NCBI GenBank assembly: GCA_036478875.1
Contig: JAZGEW010000055.1
Span: forward strand, 1,005 to 65,004
Length of the DNA: 64,000 nt
Direction: 5' to 3'
Source of the DNA: Promethearchaeia archaeon
GTDB lineage: Archaea; Asgardarchaeota; Lokiarchaeia; Sigyniarchaeales; SOKP01
The stretch's first letter is position 1. Each line of letters starts with the position of its first letter. The notes under the pieces are model-generated. The model was not told where the DNA came from and ran no database searches. It worked only from the letters and a program-made list of their open reading frames with translations. The translations under genes and the position numbers were made by a program. Below, one piece after another: positions 1 to 8,556 of this stretch.

Positions 1-54
1 AAGTGAAGTTGAAGATAATTCAAAATAATCAATTTGAATGTAGAGTGAGTAATT

Positions 55-243
55 ATGAAAGAAAAAGCATGTAAAAATTGCCATTTAATTACTAAAAACG
101 AAACTCTTTGTCCAAAGTGCAAAACACATACTTTAAGCGAAGACTATACGGGAGAGGTTATTATAATTAATCCTCAAGAGTCTAAGTTCGCAGAATATCT
201 CAAGATCCATTTCCCTGGGAAGTACGCTTTAAGAGTGCGCTAA
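55..243 (+). CDS. spt4: Transcription elongation factor Spt4 (RpoE'' type zinc-ribbon protein)
   Basis: 62 aa with two CxxC pairs (CKNC...CPKC) followed by GEVIIINPQESKFAEYL. Sits in the conserved archaeal order spt4-DUF359-S24e-S27ae. Confidence 0.85.
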   Translation: MKEKACKNCHLITKNETLCPKCKTHTLSEDYTGEVIIINPQESKFAEYLKIHFPGKYALRVR

Positions 244-334
244 AACACGACGTTTAATAACTCGTTATATTTTTACTAATCATAATTCCTTAATAAACAT
301 TATATTAAACTCTTTCTTAATATTCTTGATTTAA

Positions 335-922
335 ATGGATTATAATTTACGAATTCCTTATGATAAAAGGCATTTATTTACAGAACCGCTTGATACCTTA
401 ATAGCAGGATCTCGAGAGGAAACTATTATTCAAGTAGAAAATATATTTAGGGATTATCTTAACTCTGGTATCAAATTAAATTTATATATTGTAGGGGATA
501 TTGTTACGAAAGATTTTCTTTCTAATCAATTTTTGAAGAAATTCGTTAAAGTGTGTATTATTGATGAAAAAACTCAAAGAAATCATATTAAATTAGAATT
601 TGAGGAATATTTTGAACAAACTATTGAATTTCAAAACCCAGAAGGAACGATAAATAAAGATTGCTGGAAACTCTTTAGAGAAGTCATCATATCTGAGAAA
701 AGAACATTAATAAAAATAACCAATGGAGAAGAGGATTTATTAATACTCCCCCTCGTACTTGAAATTCCTATTTTGAAAGGATCAAAAAATTTTGCATTTT
801 ATGGTCAACCTCCCATTACGGATTCTAATTTCATTATTCCTGAGGGAATTGTGATTGTTGATGTTGACAAGAACATTAAAGAAAAGGTCAAAAAGGTAAT
901 TTCTATAATGGATCAGTTCTAA
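335..922 (+). CDS. DUF359 family protein (archaeal GTP-dependent dephospho-CoA kinase family)
   Basis: 195 aa with IVGDIVT and GEEDLLILP motifs, which I associate with DUF359. Lies in the conserved position between spt4 and rps24e. Confidence 0.6.
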   Translation: MDYNLRIPYDKRHLFTEPLDTLIAGSREETIIQVENIFRDYLNSGIKLNLYIVGDIVTKDFLSNQFLKKFVKVCIIDEKTQRNHIKLEFEEYFEQTIEFQNPEGTINKDCWKLFREVIISEKRTLIKITNGEEDLLILPLVLEIPILKGSKNFAFYGQPPITDSNFIIPEGIVIVDVDKNIKEKVKKVISIMDQF

Positions 923-1073
923 GTATTTAATCCTATTTTAAAATTTATTATATAAGTCTAAATTACATTAAAAACCAAAATTTTATTTTTTATCTATTCT
1001 TTTGAATGTTATAAGTTAGTAAAAATCATTATTTTGTATAAATAATTTGTTTTAAGAAGGCAATGCGTTAAAA

Positions 1074-1427
1074 ATGTCGTTAAATATTGAAATAACGGAA
1101 GAGAAGAAGAACCCGTTAATTGAGCGAACAGAATTAACCTTTAGAATTGATCATTTTGGAAAAGGAACTCCAAACAGATTGGATGTGAAGAAAAAGGTTG
1201 CTGCATTACAAGGTAGCGATGAAAAATTAACAATAATAAAAAAACTCTATACACGTTTTGGAGCTTCTCATAGTATTGGAAAAGCATATATCTATAATGA
1301 TGCTAAAGAGCTTCAATATTTTGAACCTTTCCACATCCAAGTGCGGAATCTTGAAAAAGATAAAAGAGCTGAAATTTATCAATTGAAAAAAAGGCGGGAA
1401 TCTGTTAAACATCTATTTGATTATTAA
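1074..1427 (+). CDS. rps24e: 30S ribosomal protein S24e (eS24)
   Basis: 117 aa. ERTELTFRIDHFGKGTPNRLDVKKKVAALQG matches the eS24 core. rps27ae follows 15 nt downstream. Confidence 0.9.
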   Translation: MSLNIEITEEKKNPLIERTELTFRIDHFGKGTPNRLDVKKKVAALQGSDEKLTIIKKLYTRFGASHSIGKAYIYNDAKELQYFEPFHIQVRNLEKDKRAEIYQLKKRRESVKHLFDY

Positions 1428-1441
1428 TTATAAAGTATTAA

Positions 1442-1660
1442 GTGAAAATTAAAATGAATTCCTCAAATTATTATAAAATTGAAGCGGGAAAATTAATTAG
1501 AACTCACAGATCATGCCCAAAATGCGGACCAAGCTATTTTCTAGCTAATCATTATGATAGATGGTCATGCGGAAAATGTGGATATGCTGTATTCAAAAGA
1601 AAGGGACAAGTAAAGACTAAGGCTACAAAAAGAGCACCTCGAAAACGCTCAAAAGCGTAA
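1442..1660 (+). CDS. rps27ae: 30S ribosomal protein S27ae (eS31)
   Basis: CPKCGPSYFLANHYDRWSCGKCGY zinc ribbon plus a basic tail. The track start is GTG 1442; an in-frame ATG at 1454 is equally plausible. Confidence 0.9.
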   Translation: MKIKMNSSNYYKIEAGKLIRTHRSCPKCGPSYFLANHYDRWSCGKCGYAVFKRKGQVKTKATKRAPRKRSKA

Positions 1661-1985
1661 AGTTAGATCGGCCTTTGTATAAAATTTGTGATTGAAAATT
1701 AAAACCCTCATATTTCTAAATATAAATTCTTTCTTTACCTTACAGTTTTTTTACTATTTATATCATTAAACTTTTTTAAACAAAAAGCCTTGAATGTCTT
1801 AAGGGTGAAAAGCAAAAATAATCATATAAGTGATTTTGGATTGTTTAAACACTAATCTTATTTCATTTAATTTTTACTTAAGCTCATAGAAGGGATTATC
1901 TATTAGAAAATGTTTATTTAAAGAATAAATAACTTAAATCATTATATTTATTCAATTGGATTATTTTTATCAAAATTGATGTGTA

Positions 1986-3014
1986 ATGAGATATTTAGAT
2001 AGTAGCTATTATGGAATTGATAATAACTTCTCTAGCAAGACATATAGACACTTCTCTGATTTTGATATTGAAATGATGTTACAACCCACTAATATTAAAA
2101 GATACATAGAATTAGTGATAGAGGTCCAAAAATTAGAAGAATGTAAATATTTTCCATTATCCAATGGATTCATGGACTCATTTTTTTCTAAGATATCTCC
2201 AAACTTTAAATACAAGAATTTAAAATATACTAGTGAAGATAACTTAGATGTTATAAGTGAAATAATCTCATATATAGGTAAATCAGGGTATAATTATATA
2301 AAAAATGTAGGAAACGTAACATATTTAAATCAACCTGTATTGTTATTCTACGGAATCGAACAATTATCAACGTTTTTCTCTTATATACATTTCAATTTTA
2401 CGGAAGAAAATGTAAATACTGAACCTATCAGAGAAAAATTTAGGAGACATGGCATTGGACGTGGAGATTTTAATATCATTAAAAGTGAGTTATCTATTGA
2501 TGAGATCTTGAGTTTGAAAATTATTCTTACAACACAAGGGGCTGCTCAACGATTCTTCTTTGTACTTGGATTCCCATTCCAAGAATTCTTTTATGAAAAT
2601 AAACGATACTCTCTAAAAGACCTGATGCAGATTTTCTTCTTAAATTTAAATATAGGTTTATCAAATGATACTCAACAAAAATTCATAGAAGATTTCGATT
2701 TAAATCAAATTGAATTAGCTGATCATCCTGATTTTGACATGCTTATTTTTTACATCTTGAGCTTTCTTTTTAGTCATTTAAGCAGGTATAAAATTTATAC
2801 TTGGCAAATAATAACTCAAACCGAAGAGAGAAATTTAGGATTATATATCAAATATATAATGGAGAGAATAAAAGATTTGTATCTTAGAAAGATGATTACA
2901 ATCCTATACTATGAAAAAGAACGGATGGGAATGTTTATAAAACAACCTAAGAGAAGAAAGCTCTTTAAGGAAAGATGGGATAATTTTTTAAAACAAAATA
3001 ATATACAACGATAG
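1986..3014 (+). CDS. Hypothetical protein, YaaC-like (tentative)
   Basis: 342 aa. NQPVLLFYGIEQLSTFF followed by REKFRRHGIG and LKIILTTQGAAQRFFFVLG resembles my recollection of Bacillus YaaC-like proteins (PF14175). Not verified by search. Confidence 0.4.
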   Translation: MRYLDSSYYGIDNNFSSKTYRHFSDFDIEMMLQPTNIKRYIELVIEVQKLEECKYFPLSNGFMDSFFSKISPNFKYKNLKYTSEDNLDVISEIISYIGKSGYNYIKNVGNVTYLNQPVLLFYGIEQLSTFFSYIHFNFTEENVNTEPIREKFRRHGIGRGDFNIIKSELSIDEILSLKIILTTQGAAQRFFFVLGFPFQEFFYENKRYSLKDLMQIFFLNLNIGLSNDTQQKFIEDFDLNQIELADHPDFDMLIFYILSFLFSHLSRYKIYTWQIITQTEERNLGLYIKYIMERIKDLYLRKMITILYYEKERMGMFIKQPKRRKLFKERWDNFLKQNNIQR

Positions 3015-3068
3015 TCATCTTAAATATTTAATTTAATTATTAATTAAGAATTTTAATAGTATAAAGAT

Positions 3069-3629
3069 ATGGGGACATGGTCATATACCATTATGGGCAA
3101 TACGGAAGCGTGGATTTTTTGGTCACATCTTTATGAGTTAGTTTTATCTTCATTATCTTCTATAGAAAAGGATAGACATGTTTCTGATGACAGAATAAAG
3201 CAATCAATCGAAGATCTGTATGAAGATTTAGTAAAGACTGTAATTGAAAGTAAATCCCGATTAGCGTATCAAGTTTTTGGAGTTTTTTTGATGGAATTTG
3301 GGGCTACGATGACGGCTGCTGTAAGAGAACTTATCTTAATACATTCACGTTGGGAAAATGAAGAAGAACAGTTATTTGATGAGAAGGATAAAGCAGAAAG
3401 ATTCTATCACTTGTCTAATTTCCGTGAGATAATAAGTAATTATAGAAATAATGTGAAGACCTCTGTTTTTTATGAATCACCAGCTAGTATTGTAGTAGAG
3501 TTACGAAAGAGAAATGTTATCACTTCTGATTATCCATTTATCGCACCTCCCCAGAGGACTCCAATTAGTTATAGTTTTAAATCAAATATAATGAGTAATA
3601 AAGATCATTTTCTTTTTTTCGAAAAGTAG
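3069..3629 (+). CDS. Hypothetical protein (N-terminus faintly DUF4259-like)
   Basis: 186 aa. The MGTWSYTIMGNTEAWIFW start resembles the MGAWG..FDND.A.DW start of DUF4259 proteins, but only weakly. Same strand as the preceding ORF, 54 nt downstream of it. Confidence 0.3.
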   Translation: MGTWSYTIMGNTEAWIFWSHLYELVLSSLSSIEKDRHVSDDRIKQSIEDLYEDLVKTVIESKSRLAYQVFGVFLMEFGATMTAAVRELILIHSRWENEEEQLFDEKDKAERFYHLSNFREIISNYRNNVKTSVFYESPASIVVELRKRNVITSDYPFIAPPQRTPISYSFKSNIMSNKDHFLFFEK

Positions 3630-3695
3630 ATAAATCAATAAGTTATAATATTATAATATCTAAATTGAAAACTTGATGTCCTATTAAATTACTTA

Positions 3696-4706
3696 GTGAA
3701 TTCATTGAATCTATGTCTTGGGATTGAATCAACAGCTCATACTTTTGGTGTAGGGATTGTTAATTTTAAAGGCAATATTCTTAGTAGTGAGAATGCAATA
3801 TATGTTCCTGAAGAAGGTGGGTTGCACCCTACTATGGTTAAAGAATTTCACCTAAATAGTTTTTTAGATACAATTAAAAGAGCACTCAATAGAGCTAAAG
3901 TTTCAATAAATGAAATCGACTTGATTGCTTTTAGCCAAAGTCCAGGTCTTGGGACTATTTTGATAATAGGAGCACAAGTCGCTCGAATGCTAAGTCAGCT
4001 ATTAGATATCCCAATTATTGGCGTTAATCATTGTGTTGCTCATATTGAGATAGGAAGATTATTATGCAAAATTGATGATCCGCTCGTCTTGTATATATCA
4101 GGCGGAAATACCATAGTTAGTGCATTTGAATCAGAAAGATATCAAATTTTTGGTGAGACTCTAGATTTAGCTATTGGTAATATGATTGACTCCTTCGCAC
4201 GAGATGCGGGATTACAACATCCTGGTGGACCCAAAATTGAAAATTTAGCTTTAAGTTCAAAAAAATACATCCCTTTACCATACGTTGTAAAAGGAATGGA
4301 TCTATCATTTTCGGGACTTTATACCGCAGCAAAATATCTACTTCAATCTGAAGATTATGGAAAAAAATATGATTTAAATGACATTGCCTATTCTTTACAG
4401 GAAACGGCTTTTGGGATGTTAACAGAAGTTACAGAAAGAGCTTTGGCCCATACAGAGAAGAAGGAAGTTCTTTTAACAGGGGGAGTAGCAGCAAATAAAC
4501 GATTACAATCGATGATAAAATATATCAGTAAGGAGCATGGTGCAAGATTTGAAGTCGTACCTATAAGATATGCCGGGGATAATGGAGCAATGATAGCTAT
4601 CGCAGGAATCCTGCGATATAAAGCAGAGGGAGGTCACAGTATAGAAGATACAATTATCAAACCTAAAGAAAGAATGGATCAAATTACAATCCCTTGGAGG
4701 TCCTAA
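3696..4706 (+). CDS. kae1: tRNA N6-adenosine threonylcarbamoyltransferase Kae1 (KEOPS)
   Basis: 336 aa with LGIESTAHTFGVGIV, VNHCVAHIEIG, YISGGNT and LTGGVAANKRL, all typical of Kae1/TsaD. bud32 follows immediately. Confidence 0.9.
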   Translation: MNSLNLCLGIESTAHTFGVGIVNFKGNILSSENAIYVPEEGGLHPTMVKEFHLNSFLDTIKRALNRAKVSINEIDLIAFSQSPGLGTILIIGAQVARMLSQLLDIPIIGVNHCVAHIEIGRLLCKIDDPLVLYISGGNTIVSAFESERYQIFGETLDLAIGNMIDSFARDAGLQHPGGPKIENLALSSKKYIPLPYVVKGMDLSFSGLYTAAKYLLQSEDYGKKYDLNDIAYSLQETAFGMLTEVTERALAHTEKKEVLLTGGVAANKRLQSMIKYISKEHGARFEVVPIRYAGDNGAMIAIAGILRYKAEGGHSIEDTIIKPKERMDQITIPWRS

Positions 4707-4712
4707 AATATA

Positions 4713-5390
4713 TTGAGTTCCGATGTAAAGAAAGAAAAAATTATTAGAAAAGGTGCCGAGGCAAGTCTCTATTATGGGTATTGGTTTGGAAAGGAAGTGA
4801 TATTTAAACATAGAATTCCAAAGAAGTATCGTATAGGAGAATTGGATGAAAAAATTAGAACGGAAAGAACATTAAACGAAGCAAGAGCATTAATAAAAGT
4901 CAAAAAGTATGGAATAAATGTTCCACAAGTATTTGAAATTGACTCAACTAATTCCACAATAGTTATGAAATATATACAAGGTAATAAACTAAAAGATATT
5001 TTATCTGATTTAGATGACAATCTGAAGAAAAAATATTTCTATGAAATTGGTAGAATAATAGCAACTTTACATAAAAATGGACATATCCATGGCGATATAA
5101 CAACGAGTAATATAATTATAACATCAGAGGAAAATATTTTTCTCATTGATTTTGGTTTACATGAATATTCTTATACCATCGAAGACAAAAGTGTTGATCT
5201 ACATCTCTTAAAAAGAGTTTTAATCTCATCTCACGGGAAATATTATGAAATTTGTTTTAACGCGTTTCTCGAAGGATATAAGTCAGAATATGATAAAGAG
5301 AATTTTAATGAATGTTATAAGATAATTAAGAATATTGATGTCATTGAAACACGCGGTAGATATGTAAAATCGGAAGAAAGATTATATTAG
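4713..5390 (+). CDS. bud32: KEOPS complex kinase/ATPase Bud32
   Basis: 225 aa with GAEASLYYG...KHRIPKKYR and HGDITTSNIII...LIDFGL, an RIO-like Bud32 kinase core. Separate ORF directly after kae1. Confidence 0.85.
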   Translation: MSSDVKKEKIIRKGAEASLYYGYWFGKEVIFKHRIPKKYRIGELDEKIRTERTLNEARALIKVKKYGINVPQVFEIDSTNSTIVMKYIQGNKLKDILSDLDDNLKKKYFYEIGRIIATLHKNGHIHGDITTSNIIITSEENIFLIDFGLHEYSYTIEDKSVDLHLLKRVLISSHGKYYEICFNAFLEGYKSEYDKENFNECYKIIKNIDVIETRGRYVKSEERLY

Positions 5391-5401
5391 GGTAAAACTT
5401 A

Positions 5402-5953
5402 TTATTCAAATTTTTCATAACAAACCAATCTATCTAATGGTTTTCTTTTAGCTGGAAGAATATGGGCTCGTTTAGGATCGTCAACTGGATAACCTAATGG
5501 TGTAAATGTGAGAATAATCCAATTATCGGGAATATTTAATTATTGCTTTACTTGTTCTACTATTGAAGAAAGCATTGTGGGGTACCATGATGAAAAACAT
5601 GTACCTAATCCTCGAACCCAAGCTTCTAGCATCAAGTTCTGAACACATATCGCTCCATCTAAAACAACCCATTTCGATCTTTTAGAATTTACTAAAATTG
5701 CGATTAGAACTGGTCCATTTCTAAGCATTGCATGAAATCTTTTAAGAGGTGATAATTCAGCGATTTTCATCATATTTTCCTTATTTTTTATCACTATGAA
5801 TTTCCATGGTTGTTTATTATCACCAGAAGGAGCCCATCTGGCAGCTTCAAGAACCGCATTAAGGTCTTCATCAGATACCATATCAGGTTTAAATCTACGA
5901 GTACTCCTTCTCGATTTTATTATATCTAAAATGCTAATTTTTTCCTTCTCCAT
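5402..5953 (-). pseudogene. Nitroreductase family gene interrupted by one in-frame TAA (5540-5542)
   Basis: The track ORF 5540-5953 (RRSTRRF, AARWAPSGDNKQPWKFIVI) ends at TAA. Translating on in the same frame gives LNIPDNWIILTFTPLGYPVDDPKRAHILPAKRKPLDRLVCYEKFE*, the expected nitroreductase C-terminus. It is colinear with the paralog at 35600-36130. Confidence 0.7.
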
Positions 5954-6364
5954 TGAATATCACAATAAATAAGAAACCTAAATTGTATTAAAATTCTTTG
6001 AAATGCCTTAAAGCTTAAAACTTTTTTAGCTAGTTAATAAACAGATTCTTCAACCTTAAATATGGTAAAACTTTTTTAGTTCTAATTATGTCCAAAAGTG
6101 ATTTTACAGGATTAATAAAATATTTTCATCTAGATTATTAATTTACAATGCAAAATGTTCATCTAAATAAATAAATAAACTAAATAGTTTATATCTGATT
6201 TGAAATGCTTTAAATACTCCAACAAATTTATATAGATGCTTAACTTATAATACTATATTGGAAAGAGTGAATAAATTAAGGGCAAAGAATATCTCTACAT
6301 ACTAATTCACTTTTATTATTAGAAATAAGAGAGTTTTAAAAATAGAATTCGTGGCGTTAATTAA

Positions 6365-6574
6365 ATGACAGATGCTGAGAAGAAGAAGAAGAAGAAAAAG
6401 ATGGTAAACATCACTATTAATTTGCCCGAAATTTATGATGAAAATATTCAGAAATTAATCGGTATGAAGATTTGTGCATCCCGTAGCGAAGCTATAAGAA
6501 CTGCCGTAAGAGATTTTCTTCATAATGAGTATAATAATCTTAAATTATTAGGATTTTTTGGAGAAGGGTCCTAA
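6365..6574 (+). CDS. Ribbon-helix-helix (CopG/Arc-like) DNA-binding protein
   Basis: VNITINLPEIYDENIQKLI...SRSEAIRTAVRDFL fits a beta-strand, helix, helix RHH pattern. The N-terminal K7 run suggests the real start may be ATG 6401. Confidence 0.6.
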   Translation: MTDAEKKKKKKKMVNITINLPEIYDENIQKLIGMKICASRSEAIRTAVRDFLHNEYNNLKLLGFFGEGS

Positions 6575-6668
6575 ACAGTCAGTCCTTCCTTATTTACTCT
6601 TAGTTAATATTTATAACACTAGCTTACTTACTATTTTATTATCCTTAAGAACTATTTAGAGAAATATA

Positions 6669-7250
6669 ATGCAATTGTATCTCATAACTGAATCTGGATC
6701 TTTAAGAAAAATCAATAAAATAGATTTTAATGAAAATAAAGTATTTCTAATTGACGATATTAAAACATTGTATTTATGGTTCGGATTAAAAGTTTCTAGG
6801 AAAAAGAAAGATTTAAGCATAACGAGAGTAGAAAAAGTAAAGAATCTGAGAGAGAAACCAGCTGAGATTAAAATTGTAAATCAAAATCAAGAATATGGCT
6901 CATTTTTAGCAATAATAGACATTTTAAAAAAAGGATTGAAAGCTAGCGGTGCTTTTGAAAAAAGACCCGAATTAAAAATTAGATTTAATGATACTCAAGA
7001 TCTTATCGAAGCGGGAATCGATCCGGATTTTGAAGCTGAAATTACTATTGCAGCACATAATTTTGCTCAAGAAAACCACTCTTATGAAGATTTGTGTAGA
7101 AAACTAGCAGAATTACAAATGAATTTTATTAAAGAGAAGGCTTCTGAAAAAGAAATAAAGAAAAAAACAGAGGAAATATATAAATCATCATCGACTTATG
7201 AAGAACTATGTTGGTTGATTGCTGAGCTAAGTAAATTACTGGAAAAATAA
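6669..7250 (+). CDS. Gelsolin-like domain protein with a duplicated C-terminal helical motif
   Basis: NENKVFLIDDIKTLYLWFGLKVSRKKKDLS...EIKIVNQNQEYGSFLAI fits the gelsolin/villin repeat pattern (d.fiLD...iy.W.G..s). The C-terminus carries two copies of S-x-YE-[DE]-LC-x3-AEL. Confidence 0.5.
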   Translation: MQLYLITESGSLRKINKIDFNENKVFLIDDIKTLYLWFGLKVSRKKKDLSITRVEKVKNLREKPAEIKIVNQNQEYGSFLAIIDILKKGLKASGAFEKRPELKIRFNDTQDLIEAGIDPDFEAEITIAAHNFAQENHSYEDLCRKLAELQMNFIKEKASEKEIKKKTEEIYKSSSTYEELCWLIAELSKLLEK

Positions 7251-7258
7251 CTCAGAAT

Positions 7259-7771
7259 TTAATCAACTGCTTTACATTTGATTGTTAATGGAATATCTTC
7301 TTTATATAAATTTATATGTTTATCAAATAATTCATTAATAGCTTTTATGTAAATTCCATTTCTCCCTACTGCAATATGATATGTATTCAAATCTTTTAAG
7401 AAACAAATTGAGATCTCATATTCCCCTTTTTTATTATTTATTTCAATTCTTACATCATGTATACATAAATCAGGAAATAGGTTGAAAAGCAAATTTAATA
7501 GAATGTTATCAAACCTAATTATTGAGACTTTTTTTATAATTCGATGTCTTAAGGAGTTCAAATAGGTTCTTGCTTCAAAATATTTATCCTGATTAACAAA
7601 AAAAAATATGAATTCATCATCTTCGATCTTAATGATGATAATGTAAGACGGGTCTATTTGTGTCTTATCAAAAAAGTATCTATGAAGTTTAAGCTCATAA
7701 TTAGAATACTTCGAAGGCTTGATGGTAAAGAGTTGATAAAGAATTAAATCATCGAGAATCGTATAAAACAT
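7259..7771 (-). CDS. Hypothetical protein with NusA-like KH signature (tentative)
   Basis: 170 aa. VSIIRFDNILLNLLFNLFPDLCIHDVRIEIN...YHIAVGRNGIYIKAINELF resembles the NusA KH region (..nal.Pa.v..V.i...aIGk.G.ni). Divergent and unverified. Confidence 0.3.
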   Translation of the reverse strand: MFYTILDDLILYQLFTIKPSKYSNYELKLHRYFFDKTQIDPSYIIIIKIEDDEFIFFFVNQDKYFEARTYLNSLRHRIIKKVSIIRFDNILLNLLFNLFPDLCIHDVRIEINNKKGEYEISICFLKDLNTYHIAVGRNGIYIKAINELFDKHINLYKEDIPLTIKCKAVD

Positions 7772-7875
7772 ATAAATGTATTTTAGGATGTATTTTTAAA
7801 GTACGAGAAAATCCATAACTATAAGCATTTGAAATAAAAGCTTTAATTCTAGTTTTAATATTATAATAAGTTCGT

Positions 7876-8421
7876 CTATTTAATCAAATTATTGAACTTA
7901 GCAAGGAAAAAAGCATTCATAGTTGAACTATGTAAAATATCACCATTATTGATCATTTTATGCACTTCCTCAATGAAGAATTCATTTACTGAAATTATCT
8001 CATTTGAATCAATTGGTTTCGAATTATTTTTTTTCACAATAGCAAAATAAAGGTAATTCCAGACAATATTAAGAAATGAAATTTTCGTTTTTCCTAAAAA
8101 AGTAATATTTTCTACCTTATAACCTGTTTCCTCTTCTGTTTCTCTTATTGCAGCTTCCTCAGGTGTCTCACCTTTATCGATTATACCACCAGCCGCGGTT
8201 TTTGTTTTTATTTGCCATGGATAGGGGTATGCATCCACAAGTATAATTTTACTCTCAGTTGTCTGGCAAATAACTGTAACAAAATCTCTCCCTTCAATAA
8301 CAACATATTCTATTTGTTGACCATCTGGTCTTAATACTAAATCATTTCTCAAACCAATAAAACGATTTCGAAATATTACTCTTTCTTCTAATTGTTTCCA
8401 AATATAATTTTTTTGGTTCAT
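7876..8421 (-). CDS. NUDIX hydrolase (ADP-ribose pyrophosphatase-like)
   Basis: Contains the Nudix box GGIIDKGETPEEAAIRETEEETGY. Confidence 0.85.
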   Translation of the reverse strand: MNQKNYIWKQLEERVIFRNRFIGLRNDLVLRPDGQQIEYVVIEGRDFVTVICQTTESKIILVDAYPYPWQIKTKTAAGGIIDKGETPEEAAIRETEEETGYKVENITFLGKTKISFLNIVWNYLYFAIVKKNNSKPIDSNEIISVNEFFIEEVHKMINNGDILHSSTMNAFFLAKFNNLIK

Positions 8422-8556
8422 GTAATATTCAATGATTTAAATCAATTTAATTCTATTTATCATAAAAAACTCAAATCTCTCTATTATATCGATAAAAATT
8501 TATATCAATTTTTGTAAATTGTCTTTCCCATAGTTCTCTATAAAATTAAATATTTA

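Noticed and set aside
6365-6400. Poly-lysine N-terminus (MTDAEKKKKKKK) of the RHH protein as a functional tail
   Set aside because: The purine-rich GAAGAAGAAGAAGAAAAAG tract directly precedes an in-frame ATG (6401) that starts the RHH beta-strand. The tract is more likely 5-prime leader than coding. This remains unresolved and is not noteworthy.
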